Origin: an uncultured Cellulomonas sp.
Lineage (GTDB): Bacteria > Actinomycetota > Actinomycetes > Actinomycetales > Cellulomonadaceae
Reading direction: 5' to 3'
NCBI GenBank assembly: GCA_964521875.1
Contig: CAZFTZ010000071.1
Coordinates: 10,155 to 74,154, forward strand
DNA length: 64,000 nt
A model generated the notes under the pieces. The model saw nothing but the letters and a program-made list of their open reading frames with translations. It was not told where the DNA came from and made no database searches. Shown here in pieces: positions 17,607-27,513 of the stretch. Position numbers and translations under genes: made by a program. Positions within the stretch are counted from its first letter, which is position 1; each line of letters begins with the position of its first letter.

Positions 17607-19718
17607 TCACTTCGGTTTCACTTCGAAGAAGGCGAGCTCGCCGGGATTCAGCGGCGGCGTCGCCACGCGCCATTGCGGCCCGGAAGCGTCGGTCGAGCTC
17701 AACTTGCGTCCGGCATCATCGTATGCAGTCGCTGCATACCCATTTGCTTTCGGAAGCCACAGCTCGAGGTTGGTTTCGATGCTGATGAGTTGCGGGAATT
17801 CGCGGTCGTTCAAGGCGATAACCAGCAATCCGTCGTTGCGCTGATAGCCGCGCACGAACGCACCGGCGTCGCGCGTGATCACGGCATCGCCAAGGAACGT
17901 TCCTTGTGTGAAGTACGGTAGGAATTGTTTGCGCAGCTTTACGGCATGCGTCAACGCCCGCGCCAGAGCCGGCTTGTCGCTGATCAGCGCGGTGCCGTTG
18001 GGCATATCCAGCTGCCTCGGCATGACGTTGATGTAGGCATTGTCGGCGAAGCACTTCGCCACCGCCATGGTGGAGCTTTCGACGTTGCAGGAGATGCGTG
18101 GAGCCGGCAGCACATTGGTAATTGGCGCTGCATCCTCGTAGTCGTTCCAGTTCCAAAGATAGTCGAGCACCTGGCTCTCGAATTCGAGATGCGTGACGGA
18201 TTCGCCCGAGAAGGTGGCTTGCGAATCGCGGGCTCGGGCGCGCGCTCGCACCTGGTCGATCAAATCGAGCAGCGGGGGGCGTCCACCCTTGCGGTTTTCG
18301 TGAACGCGGAACACGTCCCAACAGAACGAGGCGACGCCGCGATCGATCCATTCGCTCAGCGCGTTCTTCACGTCCTTCTGCCAGATCGGTGTGTTGCTGT
18401 CGATCTCCACGCCGTTCCAGAATTTCGTGTAGTACGGCCGGAACGTGGGAACGAGCTCGTAGTGATAGCTCCAGTCGTCGTTCGCAGGCTTCACCCCGTA
18501 GCGCCCGGCATAACGGTTTCGGACGATTGTGACGCTGATGAACGGTGAGATGTTGACCCCGAGATCATGAGATGCCCGGACGGCCTGCTGCAGATCCGCG
18601 ACCGTGCCGAGCTCGGGCCGGATCGGTATAGGCAGCGTCGAGTAGGTGTTCCAGCCCCAGGGTACGATCTCATGGATGCCGTACTGCCGCGCATCCTGCG
18701 CAACACGCGGCAGATCTTCGAATCTGAAGACCGCTTGCTTTGGGTCCGACTCGGCCGTCTGGATCATCCAGATGGTTTGATAGCCAATGTCGTGCACAAC
18801 ATGTTCGGGCAACGCGCGCTGTGGCACGTTGCTGCGAGCATAATTGCGATACACCTCGATTCCCTTCGCCCAGCCGCCCTCGTGAGGTGTGAACCAGAAT
18901 TCACCGCTGTCCCAGCTCTGCCCCGGCGCGATCGTGTGCCTGTGCTCCCAGGCCAAGCGCAGACTCAACGGGTCATGCTCGGTGCGTCGAGTAATCACGT
19001 TGGGCCAGTCGAAGGTGCCCCATTTTTTCTGAAAGACGCTGAGACCCGCGCGATAGCCGCCGAAATCGAGCCAGCGCAACGAGTTCGCGTTGTAGTAACC
19101 CCCGGCGGGGTACTCTTTCCAGGCGAGCGGCGCGCCCTTGGTCGCGTAGAATGGTGCACCGTCCACGCTCGCGACGGGTCCCTCGAACGGACGAATCACC
19201 TCTCGTGCCAGACGCAAGCGTGTCTGGTTCACACCCTCGAATGGTTGCAGACCCCAGAGATCCGGAAACAGAACCTGCGGCACCGGCGCCGTCGAATCGT
19301 TGACGATATGCGCGCTGAAGACGATCGAGCGACCATCGGCATCCGCCCGAATACGAACCGTCGCGCGCACGTTACCGGAAGGTAGCGGCAGCGTTGGCCG
19401 GCTCGCGCCGAGGCGATCCCACGTGAGCGTGACCTCATTCTGTCCGCGATCGATGTGGACTCGTGAGAAGCGCGTGGCGAGGCGCATCGGTGCAAAGTTT
19501 TCGGTCGGATACGCCACATCGAGTATGCCGGCCGCATCGGCCTGCGCGGCAAGCATCTCGCCGGCAAGTGACGTGCGTAGCGAAACGATGCCGCCCGTTG
19601 CGTCATCGATGCCGATCTCCAGGCCGTTCAGCCTGATGTTCACCGCTTCTGCGTTGGCCGAGGAAGCGAGCATCAGGGCCGCGACGGCCCAAGATCCGAG
19701 TCGCGCTGTGGGTCGCAT
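17607..19718 (-). CDS. Secreted uncharacterised protein, probable beta-sandwich plus TIM-barrel glycoside-hydrolase-like (DUF6259-like)
   Basis: Start ATG 19718 (TAATG overlap); signal peptide ending ANA; Trp-rich; PHEGGW, PWGW, RPELGT, FCWD, SGE pattern. Confidence 0.65.
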   Translation of the reverse strand: MRPTARLGSWAVAALMLASSANAEAVNIRLNGLEIGIDDATGGIVSLRTSLAGEMLAAQADAAGILDVAYPTENFAPMRLATRFSRVHIDRGQNEVTLTWDRLGASRPTLPLPSGNVRATVRIRADADGRSIVFSAHIVNDSTAPVPQVLFPDLWGLQPFEGVNQTRLRLAREVIRPFEGPVASVDGAPFYATKGAPLAWKEYPAGGYYNANSLRWLDFGGYRAGLSVFQKKWGTFDWPNVITRRTEHDPLSLRLAWEHRHTIAPGQSWDSGEFWFTPHEGGWAKGIEVYRNYARSNVPQRALPEHVVHDIGYQTIWMIQTAESDPKQAVFRFEDLPRVAQDARQYGIHEIVPWGWNTYSTLPIPIRPELGTVADLQQAVRASHDLGVNISPFISVTIVRNRYAGRYGVKPANDDWSYHYELVPTFRPYYTKFWNGVEIDSNTPIWQKDVKNALSEWIDRGVASFCWDVFRVHENRKGGRPPLLDLIDQVRARARARDSQATFSGESVTHLEFESQVLDYLWNWNDYEDAAPITNVLPAPRISCNVESSTMAVAKCFADNAYINVMPRQLDMPNGTALISDKPALARALTHAVKLRKQFLPYFTQGTFLGDAVITRDAGAFVRGYQRNDGLLVIALNDREFPQLISIETNLELWLPKANGYAATAYDDAGRKLSSTDASGPQWRVATPPLNPGELAFFEVKPK

Positions 19719-22333
19719 TAGAAGCTCTTCTTGATCTGCAGGCCGATGGTGCGTGGCTGACTCACCGACACGATGCGTTGGTTCGGCAGCCAGGTTTGAC
19801 GGAACGATTCGAACATTGCGCGCTTGTTGAACAGGTTCGAAACATATACCGCGCCGGACCAACCGCCGTCGCCGTTCATTCCGAGCCGGACGTCCGTCAG
19901 CGAGTAGGCATCCGAGATGAATTGCGAGCGGATCGGGTCCGCCTCGAGCGACGCTTTATCGCCTACATTCGTGCCGAGGCGCTGGCCGATGAAGCGCCAA
20001 TCGATTCGCAGGAAGCCCTGGTAATTGGCGCCGTCGGTGAAGTCCTGGAGGAAAGGCATGCCAAAGCGATACTCCAGCCCGGTCGAAATCGTCCAGGGCG
20101 CGACATTCTCGATCGAGTCGCCCTTCTCGAGCGGTTGTCCGAGCGAATCAGCGACTCCCGGCACGGTCTCGCCCACTTCGGCGTTCGTATAGCCGATGGC
20201 CGCATTGAAGCTCAGCGAATCGATCGGCACGTACGCCAGCTCGAGCTCGAATCCCCGGACACTGACTTTGCCCACGTTCGTAGCAATCAGGATGTTGCAC
20301 TGGGGACTGAACTGCGTCATCTGCACGTTACGCTGCAGGTCTGTCCAGTCGAGGTAGTACACTGCGGCATTCACGAGCAGGCGGCGGTCGAGCCAGGTCG
20401 AACGCAAGCCAAGATCATAGGACCAGACGGTGTCCGTCGTGGTGCCGTTCAGTGCATCGTCGTAGATACCGAGCGTATGAGCCAGATCCTGACACACCGG
20501 ATTCTGGGGCGTGCCGGGCCGATCCCAGAAGGTCGGGTCGGGATAGCTCGTCGGCATGCGGTCGCCTTTCGCCGCGGTCACGTACAGCATGCGTTGATCG
20601 TCGAAGCGGTACTTGAGCGAATACCGCGGAGTCACGCTGTGGGCACTGCGCTCTCCTGCGGTCACTGTGCCGGGCCCGCTCAGATTGTCTCCGACCGTGA
20701 ACCCGTTCGCGGCGCGGCCGCTCGACGCGTCACCATATCCATGCAGCTCGCTGTCGCGGTGATTGTCGGAGTAGCGCACGCCCGCTTCGATCGTGAAGCT
20801 CTCGGTGAGATTGAGTGCGACGTCGCCAAACACTGCCTTGCTGTCGTACGTGCCCCCTCCTTGTTGACCTGTAATCAGCCCGCCCTCAGTGAGGATGGGC
20901 ACTGTGTTGGGGCCGCGATTCGCGTTCCAGCGCGGATTGGAAATCGCCCAGTGCCCCTGGCGGACCTCCTTGCTCTTGAAGACACCGAGCACGTAGTCGA
21001 ATGTCGACGGGGAGCCGAACAGCCCGAAGCCGAGCGGCACCTTTTCGCGCTGCAGACGCAGCTCGTTGCTCGTTATCCGGGTGTTGCTCGTGAACGGAAA
21101 CTGGGTAGCTGCAGGCCAGAAGGTATCGGGCGGCAGGCCCCCAGGACCATCCGCATCGAGTGTCTTGCGCCCGATGTTCGCGCCCGTCCCGTCGAGAAAG
21201 GTGGTGATGAGCGTCGTCACATCCAGGGTTTCGGACATGTCGCTATCGAAATGCCCACCCACGTACTCAAGACGGCTGAAGCCGAGATCCCAGCTGGCCT
21301 CGAGCGAGGCGAGCTTGAACTGGTCGAACTGCGGCTCCGGGGCAAATCGCGAGACGACCCAATCGCCGGAGCGATCGTTGATATCGATCGCTTGCTTCTG
21401 GTCCTGGCTCGACTTCTGCCACATGCCGAACACGTTGAACGAGAGCCTGTCGTTCGGCGTAAAGGTCGCCGAGATCCGCCCGCCGGTCGTCTCGGTCTTG
21501 TTCGCATCCTTGATGATGTCGCCGCCGTCGGTCGAGCGCGGGTCGAATGCGCCCCCGCTGACCGTGATGTTGGCAGGCACGGTTGCGCTGAGTGGCAGCT
21601 TGTAGAGGTCGATGTAGCCGTCGCTTTTTCTGCGGATCCCGGCGAAACGCAACGCCAGCTTGTTCTGCACGATCGGCAGATTGACCATGGCGGAGAGATC
21701 GTAAGTGTTGCCACCCTCGTTGATGATGCCGCCGCTGAAGGCCATGTCGGCCGCGAAGCGATCCGTGCGCGCCGCGTTCGGGATGAAGCGGATCGTGCCG
21801 CCCATCGACGCAATGCCAAAGAGCGTGCCCTGGGGACCGCGTAACACTTCGATGCGATCGATGTCGAAAAGGCCCGGGTCACCGCTGAATATCGGAATCT
21901 GTCCGATCGTGTAAGAAGTGGTCGCCTGAGAAGAGACTTCGTGAAGCTGGCCGGCTCCCGTCTGCGAAACTCCGCGCAGCACAGCCGTCGGACCCGCGCG
22001 ACGGTTGGCGCTGCCGCCTTGGTACATAGTGAGTCCCGGCACATATGTCGACCAGTCGCGGAAGCCGGAGGCGCCCTTTGACTCGAGATCGGTGCCACTG
22101 ATGGCAGACATGGAGAGCGCTACGTCCTGAAGGCTCTCGGAGCGCTTTTGTGCCGTTACGGTGATTTCCTGCAGGGGCCCTTCCCGGGTCTTCGTATCCG
22201 AGTCCTGGGCGGCCACCGGTGCACTTGCAAGGACTGTCGCTGCGAAAATGGAGACTGGGACGTGATTGCGGAGCGCTGATGCTACTGCTGCGTGGATTCC
22301 ACAGACGCCATTGTTCGACGCAATGCCTGTCAT
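19718..22333 (-). CDS. TonB-dependent receptor (paralog 1 of 3)
   Basis: SD GGGGAG before ATG 22333; LQEITVTAQKRSESLQDV; RIEVLRGPQGTLFG; QPRTIG...F C-terminus. Confidence 0.95.
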   Translation of the reverse strand: MTGIASNNGVCGIHAAVASALRNHVPVSIFAATVLASAPVAAQDSDTKTREGPLQEITVTAQKRSESLQDVALSMSAISGTDLESKGASGFRDWSTYVPGLTMYQGGSANRRAGPTAVLRGVSQTGAGQLHEVSSQATTSYTIGQIPIFSGDPGLFDIDRIEVLRGPQGTLFGIASMGGTIRFIPNAARTDRFAADMAFSGGIINEGGNTYDLSAMVNLPIVQNKLALRFAGIRRKSDGYIDLYKLPLSATVPANITVSGGAFDPRSTDGGDIIKDANKTETTGGRISATFTPNDRLSFNVFGMWQKSSQDQKQAIDINDRSGDWVVSRFAPEPQFDQFKLASLEASWDLGFSRLEYVGGHFDSDMSETLDVTTLITTFLDGTGANIGRKTLDADGPGGLPPDTFWPAATQFPFTSNTRITSNELRLQREKVPLGFGLFGSPSTFDYVLGVFKSKEVRQGHWAISNPRWNANRGPNTVPILTEGGLITGQQGGGTYDSKAVFGDVALNLTESFTIEAGVRYSDNHRDSELHGYGDASSGRAANGFTVGDNLSGPGTVTAGERSAHSVTPRYSLKYRFDDQRMLYVTAAKGDRMPTSYPDPTFWDRPGTPQNPVCQDLAHTLGIYDDALNGTTTDTVWSYDLGLRSTWLDRRLLVNAAVYYLDWTDLQRNVQMTQFSPQCNILIATNVGKVSVRGFELELAYVPIDSLSFNAAIGYTNAEVGETVPGVADSLGQPLEKGDSIENVAPWTISTGLEYRFGMPFLQDFTDGANYQGFLRIDWRFIGQRLGTNVGDKASLEADPIRSQFISDAYSLTDVRLGMNGDGGWSGAVYVSNLFNKRAMFESFRQTWLPNQRIVSVSQPRTIGLQIKKSF

Positions 22334-22438
22334 GCTCGACTCCCCCCGCTGTTGCGGTAAGGGCGCTTCCCGACTGCGCCACATTACTTTTGTATGAGCC
22401 CTATTAGCGTTAAAGCAGACTTCGACACAGACCGCTTG

Positions 22439-22450
22439 TGTAACGTTACA
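22439..22450. promoter_or_regulatory. LacI-type operator TGTAACGTTACA (perfect)
   Basis: Perfect 12-bp CG-centred palindrome, intergenic, upstream of the receptor operon; one of eight copies. Confidence 0.85.
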
Positions 22451-22455
22451 ATAAC

Positions 22456-24291
22456 CTAACGCACACATGTGGAACTTGCAAGACGGCGCGCGCCGGCAAG
22501 GCGCGGCGGACCGCCGGTGACCGCCAGAAGCAGGTGCGAGGGATAACGCGCGGAGTGGTAGATGGACTGCCTGGCCTTCTTCCACTCCGCACCGGTGCCG
22601 AACGGCTGCATGGTGTTGAGATTGCGGTCGAAAGCAGGGAACGCACTGCTCGTAATCTCCACGCGCAAGCGGTGCCCGTGCGGAAAGACTATTGCTGTTC
22701 CTGAAAGATCTATTCGCAGTGGATAGACCATGCCCGGCGTGAGCCATTGTGGATGCCCGGTACTGTCGCGATAGCGTGCGCGCACGATGCCCTCGGCTAT
22801 CGCAAGTGCTCGGCCGTCGGGATAGACATCGATGAGTCGCGCGACGAAGTCCGTATCCTTGGCATCCGATGCGGCGTACAGAAGAACAGAAACAGGGCCT
22901 ATCACTTCGAAGTCATCGGTCAACGGCTCCGAGGTATAAGTGAGCACGTCCGGCCGACGCTCGAGGGCTCTCACATCACTTCCCCCGCCAACCGCCGGAG
23001 CGGGATTGGCGGGGTCATAGATGTAATGATCGGGAGGTGGGTTGCCGCCCGGTCGAGAGAGATCGAGCCCGCCTTCCTTCTGCAAGTAGAGCGTGCACGG
23101 TCGGGCGCGCGCCGGTGGGAAATCGTCCTCGTCGCGCCATTCGTTGGCTCCCATCACAAATAGGCGAACCGCCGCACGTTCGCGTACGCCGTTGTCCATG
23201 CCCTTCAGCCAATGGTCGAACCAGTCGAGTGCGAGCGCATTCTGATCGACGAAGGCCGTCGGACCGAAGTCGAGCTCGCCGACGCGGCGCCCGGGCCAGT
23301 GTCCCCACGCGCCCATGACGAGGCGCGTCTGTCGTCGGGCGACTTCAGTAGCGCCGCGCGCGCGCATTCCCGTGTAACCCCGCAACGTGCCCTGTCTGAA
23401 CAGGTCGAACCAACCGCCGAAGTTCAATACCGGAATCGGGATACGGTTGAACGCTTCTTCCGCATCGATTGCGCGCCAGTACTCGTCGTAATCCGGATGA
23501 GCAATCCAGTCTTGATAGAACGCACCGGCAGAGCGGCCGGCGAGCCGGGGTATGTCCGCAAGCGGCAGATGTCGCTGGAGATTCGTGATCGCGAGGCTCG
23601 GAGGCGAATCGGGTTCCAAGTTCGGACCGCTGTTCTGGGTCGTGCGTGACTCCATGCGGATGGCGCCCCATTCCAGGTTGAAAGCGAGACGCCACGCGCC
23701 ATTCGATGTCACCCAGTCATGGTACGGACTGGTCGATGCGACGCTCGGAACGATCGTGACGAGATGAGGAGGCGCTGCCATCGCGGCGCGCCACTGCACC
23801 GTGCCTTCATACGAGACCCCATGCATGCCAACTTTCCCTGTGGACCACGGCTGGCGCGCCGCCCATTCGATGGTGTCGTATCCATCGTTGATGTCGTTTC
23901 GGAATGGTTCCCACTTGCCCTCTGATTCGTAGCGACCACGGATGTCCTGATACACGAACACATAGCCGCGACGAGCGAAGAACAGCGGCGCCTCGTACGC
24001 ATTCGGATACTGGTAGACCGGTGTGGCGTAGCGTTCGATGCTGTATGGCGTTCGACCCACGATCACGGGGAAACGCCCGGGCATCGCTGGTCGGTAGATG
24101 TCCGCATAGAGAACCACGCCGTCACGCATGGTTATCGGCACACGATTCTCGATGACGACATCGTTCGATGGGGGCGGCGGTTGCGGGAAGCGAACCTCCT
24201 GCGCGAGCGCTGCGCCCGTGAACGTCACGAGAACGGAAGCAACGAGTACCTGCAAGCTCGCCCGGTACGAGTATGTAACGTTACACTTCAT
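22456..24291 (-). CDS. CocE/NonD family serine hydrolase (S15), secreted
   Basis: MRDGVVLYADIYRP, RTPY, QDIRGRYESEG, nucleophile GVSYEG, GGWFD, GAWGH, C-terminal PepX-type domain. Start is ATG 24291 or TTG 24255. Confidence 0.92.
   Translation of the reverse strand: MKCNVTYSYRASLQVLVASVLVTFTGAALAQEVRFPQPPPPSNDVVIENRVPITMRDGVVLYADIYRPAMPGRFPVIVGRTPYSIERYATPVYQYPNAYEAPLFFARRGYVFVYQDIRGRYESEGKWEPFRNDINDGYDTIEWAARQPWSTGKVGMHGVSYEGTVQWRAAMAAPPHLVTIVPSVASTSPYHDWVTSNGAWRLAFNLEWGAIRMESRTTQNSGPNLEPDSPPSLAITNLQRHLPLADIPRLAGRSAGAFYQDWIAHPDYDEYWRAIDAEEAFNRIPIPVLNFGGWFDLFRQGTLRGYTGMRARGATEVARRQTRLVMGAWGHWPGRRVGELDFGPTAFVDQNALALDWFDHWLKGMDNGVRERAAVRLFVMGANEWRDEDDFPPARARPCTLYLQKEGGLDLSRPGGNPPPDHYIYDPANPAPAVGGGSDVRALERRPDVLTYTSEPLTDDFEVIGPVSVLLYAASDAKDTDFVARLIDVYPDGRALAIAEGIVRARYRDSTGHPQWLTPGMVYPLRIDLSGTAIVFPHGHRLRVEITSSAFPAFDRNLNTMQPFGTGAEWKKARQSIYHSARYPSHLLLAVTGGPPRLAGARRLASSTCVR
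24274..24285. promoter_or_regulatory. LacI-type operator TGTAACGTTACA (perfect)
   Basis: At the divergence point of the CocE and SMP-30 genes. Confidence 0.85.
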
Positions 24292-24316
24292 GGCACCCAG
24301 CGTATGGAGTGCATAC

Positions 24317-25225
24317 ATGAGAATCAAGTGTGTGGTGGATAGCAGGTGCCGACTGGGGGAGTCGCCGCTGTGGTCGCCGCAGAGCCGTTGTTTGCATTGG
24401 CTCGACATTGGTCTGGAGACGCGGATCTTCGAGTGGCAGCCGGAGACGGATCGGCTGCGAAGCTGGCCGCTGGGGGAGCTGGCTAGCGGGTTGGCGCATG
24501 CACGTGATGGAGGAGTTGTAGTTCTGTCCCAGGGGGGTCTGAGCCGCTTCGACTTCGAAACAGGAACCTTGCGGAGGCTCGTCGGTGCTCCGTTTGCCAT
24601 GGATCGCATTCGCTTCAACGACTGTGGTTGTGACTGCGAAGGCCGTTTGTGGACGGGAACGATGTGGAATGACTTGCGTGGCGAACCTGCTGCGTCAGGA
24701 GGTCCGAGTTGCCGCGACCACGCGGGGATCATCTGTTGCTTCGAAGCGGATGGCACGAGCCATTGGATCGACGCGGCGTGCGGCTGTCCGAACACGTTTG
24801 TCTGGTCACTCGACAATGGCCGGCTTTACACGGCCGATTCAGCGGCGGGGGCGCTGTATGCGTATCGGTTCGAAGCACCGACCGGACGCATATCTGCGCG
24901 AGAGGTCTTCGCAGCACCTGAAAATCTCGGTATACCTGATGGCTCTGCGCTCGACGCGCAGGGGTGCCTCTGGAATGCGCGCTGGGGGGCGGGATGTGTC
25001 GCGCGCTTCGCGCCTGACGGCGCTCTGCTGGAAGTAGTGAGGATTCCCGCACAGAACGTCACGAGCTGTGCATTTGGTGGGAGTGAGCTGGCCACGCTCT
25101 ACATCACCACTGCACGGCAGGGGCTCAACGACGCGCAGTTGGCAGACCAGCCTCACGCCGGGGGAGTATTCGCGTTCGAACCCACCGTACCTGGGATGCG
25201 CACATTTGCTTTCGCCGGCGGCTAG
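24317..25225 (+). CDS. SMP-30/gluconolactonase family sugar lactonase
   Basis: GGAG SD then ATG 24317; LGESPLW, RFNDCG.D..GRLW.GTM, PN...WS.D, PDG...D..G.LW.A, TSCAFGG. Confidence 0.92.
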   Translation: MRIKCVVDSRCRLGESPLWSPQSRCLHWLDIGLETRIFEWQPETDRLRSWPLGELASGLAHARDGGVVVLSQGGLSRFDFETGTLRRLVGAPFAMDRIRFNDCGCDCEGRLWTGTMWNDLRGEPAASGGPSCRDHAGIICCFEADGTSHWIDAACGCPNTFVWSLDNGRLYTADSAAGALYAYRFEAPTGRISAREVFAAPENLGIPDGSALDAQGCLWNARWGAGCVARFAPDGALLEVVRIPAQNVTSCAFGGSELATLYITTARQGLNDAQLADQPHAGGVFAFEPTVPGMRTFAFAGG

Positions 25226-25278
25226 GTGATCCGATTTCGAGCAAACCCGACCGAGGATGAGGAAGCACCTGATGGCAT

Positions 25279-26316
25279 CTATGCGGCTGCGACGGTCGAA
25301 CGTCTGGGTCTGGCCTGCCGGCGTTCGGTCAGGATGAAGTGGCCATCGCTCAGCTGAACGTCGCCAACGCCTTCGTAGTCTGCCGGGACGCGTACGAGGA
25401 AGCACGAGAATGAGCGGCTCGCGCTCTCGCCCGCATCCAGATATGCCACCACTGGCCGGCCGAAGACTGCCCCCTTATGGACGAGCTCGCGGTGGGGCCA
25501 GTCCAGTCCCGTCGTACCGAATTCCAGGCCACGCGCTTCGGGCCTGCCGTTGCGCGAGCGACGCCACGCGTTGAACCAAGGATAGTCCGCGGTCTTCCAC
25601 CAATAGCCAATCAACAGCTCGTGCGCTGGATTGACCGCCGTCGTCCAACCAAAAGGCCCATCGACAACGTAGGCGACCACGTTCGGGTCCTCATTCTCGA
25701 GCAGGCGGCGCATATCGACGATGCGGCCATCACTCGCTCGTGCGTTGGGCCAGCGAAATGAGCGTTGTTCGGGATCGGGCCGCGCTTCTGCAATTACGAA
25801 GCCCACACCGGCGTTGCAGTCGACCACGGTCCGCTCATCCAGGAACGGCGGCCCGATACTCGGATGTTGGACCATGTTGAACACGCAGCCCAACGCGTTG
25901 GCATTGATCACCTGCTCGGTGACGGTGAAGGAGGGTTCGTCCGTGTGGAAGAGGATCGTGCGATGGATCACGAGCCCCGCCAGGGGGAGCTCCGCGCTCA
26001 TCTGCACACTGCGCCCGGGTGGTTTGCCGGCTGTCGCCAGCACCTGCCACTCGACCAATCCGGCTTCTCCGTGGTACGGCATCCCGTTGGCCGCTTCCGC
26101 GGGGGAGGGGTAGCCCCAGCGATCGAGGCACAGGAAATGGCTCATCTGGCGTGGCTCGTGCGAATCGCCGGCATTGTTCCAGACGAGCGGGTTCAGTTTC
26201 TGGTCGATGAGGTGGAAATCGACGAACGATCCACCGAGCAAGTCGATCACCAGGCGCGCTGCAGCATTCTCGAGAACGATCGAGCGACGTCCGTTGACGC
26301 GCGACTCGAGTATCAC
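25279..26316 (-). CDS. Galactose-mutarotase-like (aldose epimerase superfamily) protein
   Basis: GTG 26316 overlaps the MFS stop (GTGA); GMPYHGEA, VQHPSIG, RGLEFGT motifs. Confidence 0.7.
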   Translation of the reverse strand: MILESRVNGRRSIVLENAAARLVIDLLGGSFVDFHLIDQKLNPLVWNNAGDSHEPRQMSHFLCLDRWGYPSPAEAANGMPYHGEAGLVEWQVLATAGKPPGRSVQMSAELPLAGLVIHRTILFHTDEPSFTVTEQVINANALGCVFNMVQHPSIGPPFLDERTVVDCNAGVGFVIAEARPDPEQRSFRWPNARASDGRIVDMRRLLENEDPNVVAYVVDGPFGWTTAVNPAHELLIGYWWKTADYPWFNAWRRSRNGRPEARGLEFGTTGLDWPHRELVHKGAVFGRPVVAYLDAGESASRSFSCFLVRVPADYEGVGDVQLSDGHFILTERRQARPRRSTVAAA

Positions 26317-27509
26317 GACTGCGCTGGGACCGGTGCCTGGGCGGATTTGCCCAGATACATGACCGCCGGTAATACGAGCAGCAGGCAGAGCGTATAGCAA
26401 GCTGCGGCGAGCCATCCGACGATCGAGTATTCACCGGGCGAAACCAGCACGCCGGCCAATGCGGGACCCACCGCGGCCCCTCCGGTCGTCATGATGATGC
26501 CCATCACGTTCGCCCTGCCACGTGGATCGAGTTGCGCGAGAATTCCCATCTGGTAAGGCAAACCGTAGAACCAGGTCAGCCCGACGAGCGCGGAAGCGGT
26601 TGCGAACAGCATCGCCGAGTCGGCGACGACCAGCATGATCGCAGCGACGACCGACAGCCCGAGTGAAATGATCTGTGGCCAGATGCGTCCGATTACGAGG
26701 CCGGCGCGCCACGCGATGAGCGAGCCTGCGATGCCCACGAACATGGCGAAGCTCAGGATGCGGCCGATGCGATCGGCGTCGATTCCTACGCTGGTGCCGA
26801 TACGCTCCTGGAAAGCCCACACGGCACCGTGCCCGGTGTACAGCAGGAGCATGGCTGCCAGTACCATCGCGAGGAGTGCGATATATGACGTTCCCGCAAG
26901 CCGGGGCTCCTCTGCGCGCATAGCGCCGTCCCGAGCGACGGTAGCTGAGCGCGGAGGAATCCAGCGCACGACGCCGAGACAGGCAAGCGCCAATGCCGCC
27001 ATCACGGAATAGATCAGCACGAGTCCACCGGCGCGGATTACGGGCGGTGCAACCACCAGCAGAACCGCGGAATAGCCGATCGAAAACGCGTTCACCATTC
27101 CGAATACACGATCCGGAACTCTGGCGAGCACGGCGGTGCTAAGGAAGGCCGCGATGGCGAGCGCGCACGCAAACCCAGGGATCACGCGCACGAGCAGAAA
27201 CGGCACGAACGTCTTGGGCAACCCGGACAGGAAGCTGCCGGCGGCGAAGAGCAGAATTCCCGCAAGGGCTACGTGACGTCGGTCGAGGCGATGGATCAGC
27301 CCTGACATCACCATGCTGCCGACCGAAAAGCCCGCAAGCTCCGCAAAAACGATGAAACCCGCCTGGCGATCGGTGAAACCGAGGCCGTCCACCATCGCGC
27401 CCACGGCGAGAGGCTGGATGACCAGCACACCGTTGCCGATCGCCGAAAGCAGAATCATGGCGACGAGACATTGGAGGCCGTTTACGTCGACCGGCTTCGA
27501 TTCGCGCAT
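26313..27509 (-). CDS. MFS transporter
   Basis: About 12 TM segments; start ATG 27509, 4 bp after the upstream stop. Confidence 0.88.
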   Translation of the reverse strand: MRESKPVDVNGLQCLVAMILLSAIGNGVLVIQPLAVGAMVDGLGFTDRQAGFIVFAELAGFSVGSMVMSGLIHRLDRRHVALAGILLFAAGSFLSGLPKTFVPFLLVRVIPGFACALAIAAFLSTAVLARVPDRVFGMVNAFSIGYSAVLLVVAPPVIRAGGLVLIYSVMAALALACLGVVRWIPPRSATVARDGAMRAEEPRLAGTSYIALLAMVLAAMLLLYTGHGAVWAFQERIGTSVGIDADRIGRILSFAMFVGIAGSLIAWRAGLVIGRIWPQIISLGLSVVAAIMLVVADSAMLFATASALVGLTWFYGLPYQMGILAQLDPRGRANVMGIIMTTGGAAVGPALAGVLVSPGEYSIVGWLAAACYTLCLLLVLPAVMYLGKSAQAPVPAQS

Positions 27510-27513
27510 GCGC

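Noticed and set aside
19778-21844. 688-aa antisense ORF, and similar ones at 2185, 4945, 9854, 13708, 27313, 46577 and 53433
   Set aside because: Shadow frames opposite well-supported genes, expected from high-GC codon bias; no motifs.
22403-22414. ATTAGCGTTAAA as an auxiliary LacI site
   Set aside because: Four mismatches; plausible but not supportable from sequence alone.
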